In this document: positions 19,733-26,587 of the stretch, piece by piece
Layout: the number at the start of each line of letters is the position of its first letter
How positions within the stretch are numbered: the stretch's first letter is position 1
From: a virus
Taxonomy: Duplodnaviria > Caudoviricetes
Direction: 5' to 3' (one strand)
Virus record (IMG/VR): IMGVR_UViG_3300032231_000265
Span: 1-38,966 of that record
DNA length: 38,966 nucleotides
Notes under the pieces: generated by a model
Seen by the model: the letters and a program-made list of their open reading frames with translations, nothing else
What the model was told of the DNA's origin: nothing
The model's database searches: none
Made by a program: the position numbers and the translations under genes

Positions 19733-20544
19733 AGGACAGCCAACTTGGTGCCAGTGCCCGTACCAGCCTTGCGTACGTAGAACCTCTTCAGGTTGTACTT
19801 AGCAATGGCGTTGCGAGCAGCCAGAGGACCGTAGTAAGAATCCAGAGCCTTGTGCATCGTCTCAGCGTCTTGGTCGAGGAATCGACGGATCACTTCAACG
19901 AAGGCGTAGTTCTGCTCGTCCACCTGCCACTTCTCAGTGTCAGCGCAGCCGATCATCTTAGCCTCAGTCTCGTCCGAGACGAACATGCCGGTGTAGAAAC
20001 CGTCAAGGTCGCTCCACTCGATGAACTGGTCAGCGTTGCACCAGATCGTCGTCAACTTCTTACCACGAAGCTGATCGGCATTGCTGTCATCGATGACGTA
20101 TCCAGTAGACAGGCTGGCGTAGCTTCCGCTGTAGCCACCGTAGGTGCCACTGGCGTAAGTGCCGCGACCCTGATAACTGCGAGACTTAAACCAGTCGTCG
20201 TCGTCATCGATCCCCGGCTCGCGGTTTGGCAAACCATCTGCCTTACCAGTCGAGCTGTACAGGTTCTTCAGGTCCTTCTTTGTTACAACAGCCTTGCCGC
20301 CAGATCGAACCTGATGGCTTGGTTTATACACAGGCTTCTTACCGTTGAAGTTGCCCATAGCCAGAAGACCCTGTGGCGTGCCGTGACCCATCATTACGAT
20401 GTGCTCGTGCTCGTCAATAGCCTTGGCTACATCTTCCTTCGTGCAGTTGCCGGTGATCACTGTCACATCACTGCGACCGTGATAGATCGGCTTCAGAAAG
20501 TCTGTGCTCTTATCTTTTGGGTGAATTACTAAAATCTTGTTCAT
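19729..20544 (-). CDS. Hypothetical protein, possible caspase/CHAT-like (His-Gly...Cys) fold
   Basis: Start MNKILVIHP at 20544 after AGGAG and its own consensus promoter; IVMMGHG and TIWCNA motifs. Confidence 0.55.
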   Translation of the reverse strand: MNKILVIHPKDKSTDFLKPIYHGRSDVTVITGNCTKEDVAKAIDEHEHIVMMGHGTPQGLLAMGNFNGKKPVYKPSHQVRSGGKAVVTKKDLKNLYSSTGKADGLPNREPGIDDDDDWFKSRSYQGRGTYASGTYGGYSGSYASLSTGYVIDDSNADQLRGKKLTTIWCNADQFIEWSDLDGFYTGMFVSDETEAKMIGCADTEKWQVDEQNYAFVEVIRRFLDQDAETMHKALDSYYGPLAARNAIAKYNLKRFYVRKAGTGTGTKLAVL

Positions 20545-20566
20545 GATACTTCTCCTTTGAGACCCC

Positions 20567-20595
20567 ATTATAATGGACACTCCAAGGGAAGTCAA
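20567..20595 (-). promoter_or_regulatory. Sigma70-type promoter
   Basis: TTGACT-17-TATAAT. Confidence 0.85.
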
Positions 20596-20607
20596 TGCCA
20601 TTGGCAG

Positions 20608-21030
20608 TTAGAATGGAATGTCGTCATCGAGGTCCTGACTCTGCTGATTAGGCTTGGGTGGCGCTGGTGGCTTGTTGTCGCTCCTGCCCTGCGGTGAGCC
20701 AAGGAACTGTACGTTCTGGGCATGGACCTTGGTCCGGTACTTCGTCTGCCCTGAGTTCTTGTCTTCCCAGCTGTCCGTCTGGAGCTGCCCCTCAACGAAG
20801 CACTGTGATCCCTTGCTCAGGTACTGGGCGCAGGCTTCAGCAGCCTTACCCCATACCTCGACATTGATCCACTCAGTGCGCTCCTTTTTCTCGCCTGTCT
20901 GCTTGTCGGTCCAGCTCTCGCTGACAGCTATGCTGAAGGTCGTTACCGCAGCACCTGAAGGCACGTAGCGTGTCTCCGGGTCACTACCAAGGTTGCCGAT
21001 TGCCATTACTTTATTCAGTCCGCGTGCCAT
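20608..21030 (-). CDS. ssb: Single-stranded DNA-binding protein
   Basis: [32 protein letters not shown], acidic tail DDDIPF. Confidence 0.97.
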   Translation of the reverse strand: MARGLNKVMAIGNLGSDPETRYVPSGAAVTTFSIAVSESWTDKQTGEKKERTEWINVEVWGKAAEACAQYLSKGSQCFVEGQLQTDSWEDKNSGQTKYRTKVHAQNVQFLGSPQGRSDNKPPAPPKPNQQSQDLDDDIPF

Positions 21031-21274
21031 TGTTCTTCCTCTTTAGTTTGATTGGGTGACCCTTCATCGCTTTCGAGTTGCAGTAGTCACACATAATGAT
21101 TCCCTTGACGATGTTCTCATTGCCGCGAACACCTTTCCTCTCACAACCCTCGACCTCGCATTCATCTGGCAGCTTGCTCCAGAGTTCCTCAAGAAAAATG
21201 TACCTGTGTCGCCAGATGATCCCGACCACGATAGCGATCGACAGGATTAGAATTGCCCAGAAAGCGGGTGTCAT
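21011..21274 (-). CDS. Membrane-anchored Zn-finger-like protein
   Basis: N-terminal TM, CEVEGC...CDYC. Confidence 0.55.
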   Translation of the reverse strand: MTPAFWAILILSIAIVVGIIWRHRYIFLEELWSKLPDECEVEGCERKGVRGNENIVKGIIMCDYCNSKAMKGHPIKLKRKNNGTRTE

Positions 21275-22278
21275 GATGTTCCCTCCCTGAGCACGTCGCG
21301 CATCTTCTTGTAGGTGATGCGAGCTGTACCCTGATCCCGCTCATCGAGATGCTTCGCTAAGTCAGCAGCCTTGAGCAGGTCTTCCATGGAGTCCGACTGG
21401 TGCATGGCTCGCTCGACCTTCGCCAGCGTGACCTCTTCCACACCATCACCGAACACCTCCTTAGCCTGCGTCAGGACCTCTGGTTCGGCCTCTGGCTGCG
21501 GCAGCTGGTAGTCAGTCACTGGTGGTGGCATATCGTCATGGTCCTGCCGCTCTTCAACCACACCAAGACCCTTGAGCAGGTCAGGGTAAGCGTCACGCAG
21601 GCAGTACGCACGAGCACGCATCTGGAGCATCCGCTTGGGGTGCTTCTTCCAGTTGAACTTGTTCGAGATGCCTGCCTGTACAGCGTCGTCCATCGAATAA
21701 GTAGCAGTGACCGGGTTCGGATCACCTTCCCGCTGTGTCTTGCAGGTTGCAGTCTTACCGTCATCCGAGAGTGTTTCCTCGATCCACTTGCACTTAGATG
21801 ATGCGCGAACAACACCGATGAGTCCGTCACCATACAGGCAGGGCTTACCCTCAATCACAGCGATGGACTGGATAGCCTGAAACGGCTCCATGCCCAGCTC
21901 TGCGCCCATGTTGATTGCCACGAAGACATCGTTGGGCTTACCAACGTAGTCGATAGGCACGAGGTTCGAGCACGCCAGTGTGTGCGCAATACGCTTGGCA
22001 ATCTCGTACTTGGCGAATGCAGGGTCTCCTGACATGGTGGGCGCATCGGTCTCAGCAGGCGCTCTAACCAGCTTTGCTGGCGCACGAGACGCAGCCTCGA
22101 TCGCCTCATCGACAATCGTCATACCGTTATCTACGATCTTCTGTGCGGCCTCTTCTGGCAGGTGCTTGTGACAGTACTCACTGCCAACCATAGCCTTGGC
22201 TCTGCACGGCTTGTTGCTCGCCGTGGTGCCCTTGCATACGGGTCTTCCTTTTTCGGTTGTCATTGTTTCGGTCTCCAT
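21271..22278 (-). CDS. RecT/Bet-like ssDNA annealing protein with N-terminal Cys/His module
   Basis: LVP..Y.GKP.D, GAELGMEPFQAIQSIAVIEGKP, WKKHPKRML..RA..LRDAYPD; between exonuclease and ssb. Confidence 0.85.
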   Translation of the reverse strand: METETMTTEKGRPVCKGTTASNKPCRAKAMVGSEYCHKHLPEEAAQKIVDNGMTIVDEAIEAASRAPAKLVRAPAETDAPTMSGDPAFAKYEIAKRIAHTLACSNLVPIDYVGKPNDVFVAINMGAELGMEPFQAIQSIAVIEGKPCLYGDGLIGVVRASSKCKWIEETLSDDGKTATCKTQREGDPNPVTATYSMDDAVQAGISNKFNWKKHPKRMLQMRARAYCLRDAYPDLLKGLGVVEERQDHDDMPPPVTDYQLPQPEAEPEVLTQAKEVFGDGVEEVTLAKVERAMHQSDSMEDLLKAADLAKHLDERDQGTARITYKKMRDVLREGTS

Positions 22279-22547
22279 TCGTTGCCGCGTGGCTTGTAAT
22301 CCATCACGCCGAACAACTCAGTTAAAAATATCTCGCGTGGGCTTGGTCCTTCTTCGTACTCATGGACGGTCACCTTCGCTTCATTGTAGTGCCGCCCACC
22401 GTTATCCCACCAGTAGCTGCCAGCCATGCGCAAGACGATGAGCTGCTTATCACAGTTCATCGCCAGCACTTTGGTTTTGCCAGTATCAACCCCGTGCCAC
22501 GTCACCGTGCCATCATCATTGATCGTGATTGCGAATCGCTGACTCAA
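22260..22547 (-). CDS. Hypothetical protein
   Basis: Overlaps both neighbours in the operon. Confidence 0.6.
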   Translation of the reverse strand: MSQRFAITINDDGTVTWHGVDTGKTKVLAMNCDKQLIVLRMAGSYWWDNGGRHYNEAKVTVHEYEEGPSPREIFLTELFGVMDYKPRGNEWRPKQ

Positions 22548-23488
22548 TTGTCTTCTCCAATTTTAATTACCGTGCCCTCTTCTATGGCTTTTGTCGCAGC
22601 CACTGGTAGCTTGCTCGCGTGCCGGGTCACGATGAAAGTGTTCTCCGCAACCTCGAACGCTTTGCGGGTTTGCTCTTTACGGGTGTATGCCGAACCATCA
22701 GGCAGCAGCCCGATTGCGCTCTCACCCATAAGCATTGCGATGCGGTTTTTGCATCCGTCAACGACCTTCTCGAAGATGAGTCTTTGTTCATTAGCGTCCT
22801 TCATCACATCGTGATACTTCTGTGCTGTCTCTGGCAGCTCAATGACGTTGCCATTAGTGCCGGGGTAGAGGTTCTTGATCAGACGTGTCGTTGCTGCGGA
22901 CTGCCACTGTGGTTCGGGTGCGACCTTCGCCTGCACGCGATCCCAGAACTCTTCCTCAGCTTCGATCAGGTCATCGATGATCGACTGGATCGGGTTGATC
23001 CTGTACGAACGGTAGTCACGATTGCCGATCAGGACAGCGAGGTCCCAGACATCGTAGCCAGTGACAGCAAGGTAGTGCTGCACCTGACACATAATGTACG
23101 GTGGAATCTCATCTGAGCCTGACTCGCCCCAGCCATCGGGACGTGCTGCGGTCTTGGCCTCGAAGCCAATGCGCATCTCTTCACCGACCACCTTGCGGTC
23201 GATGTTGGCGATCATGAATGGGTGCTCTTTCGAGCGGATTAGTTGGTTGGCTCGTTGAACTTTGAAACCTGTCTCTTCCGCGTAGCGATCGCACACGGGT
23301 TGCTCCAGTACGGAACCCCAGTAACGTGACTCCTTGAGGAAGTCTGCGTCTTCTGGTGGGGCTTCGCCCAGCTTATCGAGATAGAGTTCGTATTGAGTGT
23401 TGTACGGGTTGATACCCAGTACTGTGGCAGCGTCTGAGCCACCTACCCCTGTTCTTCGTTCTTCGAGCTGTGCCTTCGTGAGGGACAT
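22544..23488 (-). CDS. YqaJ / lambda-exonuclease-like recombination nuclease
   Basis: RRTGVGGSDAA, G..LE, ANIDR, FEAKT, QVQHYL; AGGAG RBS. Confidence 0.92.
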   Translation of the reverse strand: MSLTKAQLEERRTGVGGSDAATVLGINPYNTQYELYLDKLGEAPPEDADFLKESRYWGSVLEQPVCDRYAEETGFKVQRANQLIRSKEHPFMIANIDRKVVGEEMRIGFEAKTAARPDGWGESGSDEIPPYIMCQVQHYLAVTGYDVWDLAVLIGNRDYRSYRINPIQSIIDDLIEAEEEFWDRVQAKVAPEPQWQSAATTRLIKNLYPGTNGNVIELPETAQKYHDVMKDANEQRLIFEKVVDGCKNRIAMLMGESAIGLLPDGSAYTRKEQTRKAFEVAENTFIVTRHASKLPVAATKAIEEGTVIKIGEDN

Positions 23489-23532
23489 GCTGTTCTCCTA
23501 TCGTGAAACGCCGACAACCGGCGCATATAAAT

Positions 23533-23622
23533 GACAGAACGCTGGGTTTTAACCAGCTCGGTCTTGCGACCACTAGCCCATGTCGCCATGGGTAGCCTTG
23601 CTTGCAGCTCGCTCGTCCTGTC
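23533..23622 (-). ncRNA. Structured multi-hairpin RNA or leader at the start of the recombination operon
   Basis: 8-bp closing stem GACAGGAC/GUUCUGUC enclosing CCCAUG-GCGA-CAUGGG, GGUC-GCAA-GACC and GCUGG/CCAGC; starts ~7 nt after a TATAAT box. Confidence 0.65.
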
Positions 23623-23629
23623 TGCCTTA

Positions 23630-23669
23630 ATTATAGCACCGAGTGCTGAAATTTCAACACTCGGTGCTA
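23630..23669 (-). promoter_or_regulatory. Sigma70-type promoter embedded in a 12-bp inverted repeat (may also terminate the Ro60 transcript)
   Basis: TTGAAA-16-TATAAT; IR tagcaccgagtg/cactcggtgcta at 23634-23669. Confidence 0.7.
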
Positions 23670-23676
23670 AAGGATG

Positions 23677-25320
23677 TTATCTACTGAACTCACTGATAAC
23701 AGGGAGTACGTTAGCGTCGAATCCGACCACATCCAACATGCCGGAATCGTTCGGGTCAGCGATCGTAAAGTCGGTCGCTGTCGTTGCAACAACCACGAGC
23801 TTAGCGTTCGGGTTGTGGGTCTGCCTGTAACGACGCAGTGCATCGACCGGCTTAATCTTGCCAGCCCAAGTCTCACTGTCGGTGATTACGACGAACGTGT
23901 CCACCATGATGTTGTTTGCCGAGGCATACAGCATTGGGAGAGCACAGTCAGTCGAGCCGAAGTTGTGATTGCGCGTCTTGCTCATCACGTCCGGCAGCGA
24001 GTCGTTCGAGCCGATACCCAGATCAACGAAGCCTTCCAGACTTCCCTGATCACGACCGAAACTGTAGCGACTTGAGCCTGACGTGAAGCCATGGATGAAG
24101 TGAACAGGCTCAGTACGAGCGATGATCATTGCCATGGCACCAGCAGCTTCAGCGGCGCTGATGTTCGAGCCAGAGATCGGAGACGACATCGAGCCTGATA
24201 CGTCCACGCCGACCATGAATGCCTTGCCAGTAGGCTCTACGTTCGCGAACGACTTGTAGAAGCCAATGTCCAGAGCACCAAGAATGGCGTTGTTAGCGTG
24301 CCACTTCAGGCTGCCACGGAAACCCTGACCTGCGGCGTAGTTCTTCAGTGCCAGCAAGTAGTGCATCGGGTGGATGCGCGAGCGCTTGATCTGCTCGTCA
24401 TCCTTGATGCGATCCATGACCATCGCCTGCTCAGGGGTCATCGGCTTGATGGTGCCATTGGCAGTCATCTTGCCCAGCTGACGAATCGTCGCCATGAGTG
24501 GCATCGTAGACAGCAGCTGCTTATTCACAGCCTCATCCTTCAGCCACTCGGTCGGCAGCATCTCCCATGACAGGTTGTACTGCTCGACCAGCTCGTGCGG
24601 CTCATTGGTATGCTGCCAGTTGCCAATACCATTGGCGGCTGCATAACCCTGATAGATGTCCGGCAGAGCCTTCATCACACCAATGTCCTCCAGCCTTTCC
24701 GGGCGGCACGTCACATCGAACATTGCACGCTTGCCTGCGTCGGTCGTAACCGGGTGAGCAAGGCGCAGGATGTCACGGTGCGACCAACCATCACGCTGAC
24801 GATACTTCAACAGCTGGTAAGCCAGCCTGTCGTTGTTCTTCTCGTCATACCAGCGCTGGAATGCACGCTTCGTGGCGCGGCCCCAACCACCAAAGGCTTC
24901 AACGAACTGAGCGAACTGGAAGAGATGAGTGCCGGTGCGAGCGACTTCGGTCAATACGCCGAATGCCAACTTGCGCGTCTGCTCATTACCCAGCTTCGCT
25001 GCGGCAGCGAGAACAAACAGGGCAGCATCGTTCTTATGCGCACGAGCTTCCTGTGACACCTTCACGACCGTGTTGACGACGCGCAGACCATCAGTTTTTA
25101 TCAGTCCGATGACTGTGTTCGCGTTGTCTTTGGTCAGGCGGCTTTCGCTGACGTAGTACGTTCCACCCTCGGAGCCGAGGATAAGAAATCGTTCCAGTCG
25201 ATCCCAGTCAGAGACAGCATGGACGAATCCACCTGCGCTGTTCTCGACTTCGTTTTCACGACCGGGTGTGCGCTCCATCTGTGGAGTCGCCTTGGTATTT
25301 ACGTGCTTTGAATAATCCAT
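23677..25320 (-). CDS. rsr: Ro60 (TROVE + vWA) RNA-binding protein, 547 aa
   Basis: NSAGGF, RLERFLILGSEGGTYY, RTGTHLFQF, GWGR, KYRQRDGWSHRDILRLAHP, MIDAS DVSGSM, TDC, ITDSET, DVVGFD; ATG 25320 has an AGGGG RBS 6 nt upstream. Confidence 0.96.
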   Translation of the reverse strand: MDYSKHVNTKATPQMERTPGRENEVENSAGGFVHAVSDWDRLERFLILGSEGGTYYVSESRLTKDNANTVIGLIKTDGLRVVNTVVKVSQEARAHKNDAALFVLAAAAKLGNEQTRKLAFGVLTEVARTGTHLFQFAQFVEAFGGWGRATKRAFQRWYDEKNNDRLAYQLLKYRQRDGWSHRDILRLAHPVTTDAGKRAMFDVTCRPERLEDIGVMKALPDIYQGYAAANGIGNWQHTNEPHELVEQYNLSWEMLPTEWLKDEAVNKQLLSTMPLMATIRQLGKMTANGTIKPMTPEQAMVMDRIKDDEQIKRSRIHPMHYLLALKNYAAGQGFRGSLKWHANNAILGALDIGFYKSFANVEPTGKAFMVGVDVSGSMSSPISGSNISAAEAAGAMAMIIARTEPVHFIHGFTSGSSRYSFGRDQGSLEGFVDLGIGSNDSLPDVMSKTRNHNFGSTDCALPMLYASANNIMVDTFVVITDSETWAGKIKPVDALRRYRQTHNPNAKLVVVATTATDFTIADPNDSGMLDVVGFDANVLPVISEFSR

Positions 25321-25335
25321 CTTTTTCCCCTGTTG

Positions 25336-25358
25336 CGGCTCGTCCATCACGAGCATGT
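25336..25358 (-). promoter_or_regulatory. Permuted Ro-site-like hairpin next to the Ro60 RBS
   Basis: ACAU-GCUCGU-GAUGG-ACGAGC-CG, near-identical to 25776-25797; ends ~4 nt before AGGGG. Confidence 0.6.
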
Positions 25359-25362
25359 AAAA

Positions 25363-25493
25363 CGGGCATGTTACTGGCAGCGAAAATGACGCGCTCTCCC
25401 AGCTGAGCTACACCCACCATTGTAGGGTGGGCGACTGGACTCGAACCAGTGACCTCGATCTCCCAAAGATGATAACGCTATCCATCCGGCCCG
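25363..25493 (-). ncRNA. yrlA: YrlA-type Y RNA (131 nt) with circularly permuted tRNA-like domain
   Basis: Terminal stem CGGGC-CGG/CAU-GCCCG; T arm ACUGG-UUCGAGU-CCAGU lies 5' of a loop-closed acceptor-like stem CGCCCACC/GGUGGGUG and D arm GCUC-AGCUGGGA-GAGC; adjacent to Ro60. Confidence 0.88.
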
Positions 25494-25503
25494 AAAATCT
25501 AAA

Positions 25504-25565
25504 GTGGACGTGCAAATTACCCAGCTGTTTTATCTTACAAGGATAACGCTTGGCATCCGGTCCAC
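25504..25565 (-). ncRNA. Short Y-like RNA (62 nt)
   Basis: GUGGAC-CGG...CAC-GUCCAC terminal stem, CGUUAUC motif, U-rich flanks. Confidence 0.72.
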
Positions 25566-25576
25566 AAATCTAAAAC

Positions 25577-25657
25577 GCGAGCATGTTACGAGAGACCGAT
25601 CGGCTTTCGCCAGTTTGATTTCAGAGTCAAAGATAACGATCTTACTCACCGGCTCGC
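25577..25657 (-). ncRNA. Y-like RNA (81 nt) with two internal hairpins
   Basis: GCGAGC-CGG...CAU-GCUCGC; AGAUCG/CGGUCU upper stem; CGUUAUC; UUUGA/UCAAA and GGC-GAAA-GCC hairpins. Confidence 0.75.
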
Positions 25658-25694
25658 ATTGTCCGGTTGCCACGCCGATCCACTCAGCGTGGCG

Positions 25695-25725
25695 AAAAAA
25701 GTCCCCGGCTATCATTTCACCGGGG
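25695..25725 (-). terminator. Intrinsic terminator / attenuator inside the RNA cluster
   Basis: CCCCGG/CCGGGG stem followed by AC-UUUUUU. Confidence 0.65.
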
Positions 25726-25810
25726 GTTGTAACTATGGGCCGAAGCCCTTCCTTAGCAGATAACGGTCTATTCCTCGGCTCGCCTTGACGAGCATGTTGC
25801 GAACAACCGA
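25695..25810 (-). ncRNA. ~115-nt sRNA or leader with circularly permuted Y-like stem
   Basis: Starts ~7 nt after a -10 box; CAU-GCUCG-loop-CGAGC-CGA, then CGUUAUC, GGGC-UUCG-GCCC and the terminator. Confidence 0.62.
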
Positions 25811-25816
25811 ACGTGC

Positions 25817-25844
25817 ATTGTAAGCAACTGACGTAGGAAGTCAA
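25817..25844 (-). promoter_or_regulatory. Sigma70-type promoter
   Basis: TTGACT-16-TACAAT. Confidence 0.75.
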
Positions 25845-25862
25845 CCCCTATCGCAATAAATT

Positions 25863-25964
25863 TGGAGCCACTGAAAAGAATCGAACTTTTGATAACCGTG
25901 GAGGCATCGGCCCTTGCGGACGTGGTTCGCTCACGGTGCCCTAACCAACATGGGCGACAGCGGC
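25863..25964 (-). ncRNA. tRNA-like RNA (102 nt, CCA end) with extended anticodon arm
   Basis: GCCGCUG/CAGUGGC acceptor, GCCC/GGGC D arm, CCGUG/CACGG enclosing 31 nt, AAAAG-UUCGAUU-CUUUU T arm, U-CCA. Confidence 0.8.
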
Positions 25965-25967
25965 ATA

Positions 25968-26034
25968 GCCTGAACATATAAATGACGGTGGGATATACGA
26001 TTTGGAGTGGTAACCCAATGTCTCCGGCTCAGGC
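25968..26034 (-). ncRNA. Y-like RNA (67 nt), first in the cluster
   Basis: GCCUGAGC-CGG...UAU-GUUCAGGC; GAC/GUC and UGGG/CCCA upper stems; GUUACC variant motif; begins ~6 nt after a -10 box. Confidence 0.68.
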
Positions 26035-26039
26035 AGGGC

Positions 26040-26067
26040 ATGGTACTCTGGGTCTGGTGAAAGTCAA
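26040..26067 (-). promoter_or_regulatory. Sigma70-type promoter for the RNA cluster, back-to-back with a possible rightward extended -10 (TGnTAAAAT, 26075-26083)
   Basis: TTGACT-16-TACCAT. Confidence 0.65.
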
Positions 26068-26125
26068 CACTCAGTGGTAAAATTCTACCCCTTCCTGATA
26101 AACCTAAAAAAGCGAGAATAATGTG

Positions 26126-26380
26126 ATGCCTGATCCATTTGGTCCGAACGAACGTCCTGACGCAATCCCACCCCACATCAATGTCATCAGGCGCTTTCGC
26201 GAAGAGCTACGCATGGACCGCATCACGTTCGCTGAGCTGCTTGAGGTGAACGTGGACACACTCAGGGTCTGGGAGACGGAAGGCAAGAGCAAACCACGAG
26301 CGCAGGCCGCGCTCAGAATCATCGAGGTTGCGCAACGCAACGACTACCCGCTCGACATCAAAGACATCTTCCCGAAATAA
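26126..26380 (+). CDS. XRE/Cro-like HTH regulator
   Basis: IRRFREELRMDRITFAELLEVNVDTLRVWE..G..KP; first gene of the rightward replication operon. Confidence 0.85.
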   Translation: MPDPFGPNERPDAIPPHINVIRRFREELRMDRITFAELLEVNVDTLRVWETEGKSKPRAQAALRIIEVAQRNDYPLDIKDIFPK

Positions 26381-26580
26381 CTGTCCGAGACATATCCGTG
26401 ACGTTCCGTGACATAGCGTTACGCTCTCGGAGTGTCGCACAATGTACTATACAAAACGCGACGGTTGACGACTGTCGCAAATGTCGCTATTGTCGCCCAT
26501 ATAGAGGTAGAGGTAGAGGTAGAGGTAAATAGAACCACCTGACCAATACCAGAGAACTTATTAGTACCTACTAACTAAGG
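26381..26580. repeat. Putative replication origin / iteron region
   Basis: TCCGWGAC x3 (26384, 26395, 26405), TGTCGC x4 (26433, 26473, 26482, 26491), TAGAGG x4 (26502-26525), then an AT-rich tract. Confidence 0.55.
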
Positions 26581-26587
26581 GGCAACA

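Noticed and set aside
25321-25356. Ro60 start at ATG 25356
   Set aside because: It lies inside the hairpin with no SD; ATG 25320 has AGGGG at 6 nt spacing.
25363-25493. Ordinary tRNA gene or tRNA att-site remnant
   Set aside because: The T arm precedes the D arm, the acceptor-like stem is loop-closed and there is no anticodon or CCA, which is YrlA topology.
25336-26034. CRISPR array (recurring GATAAC / GCATGT motifs)
   Set aside because: Units are not identical repeats with regular spacers. Conservation is in pairing, lengths run 62-131 nt, and there are no cas genes.
25504-26176. ORF-track calls 25504-25788, 25530-25844, 25768-25977 and 25931-26176
   Set aside because: No convincing RBS or protein motifs; they overlap promoters and structured RNAs.
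26502-26525. TAGAGG x4 as a telomere-like or phase-variable repeat
   Set aside because: Only four units, intergenic, and better explained as part of the origin/linker tract.
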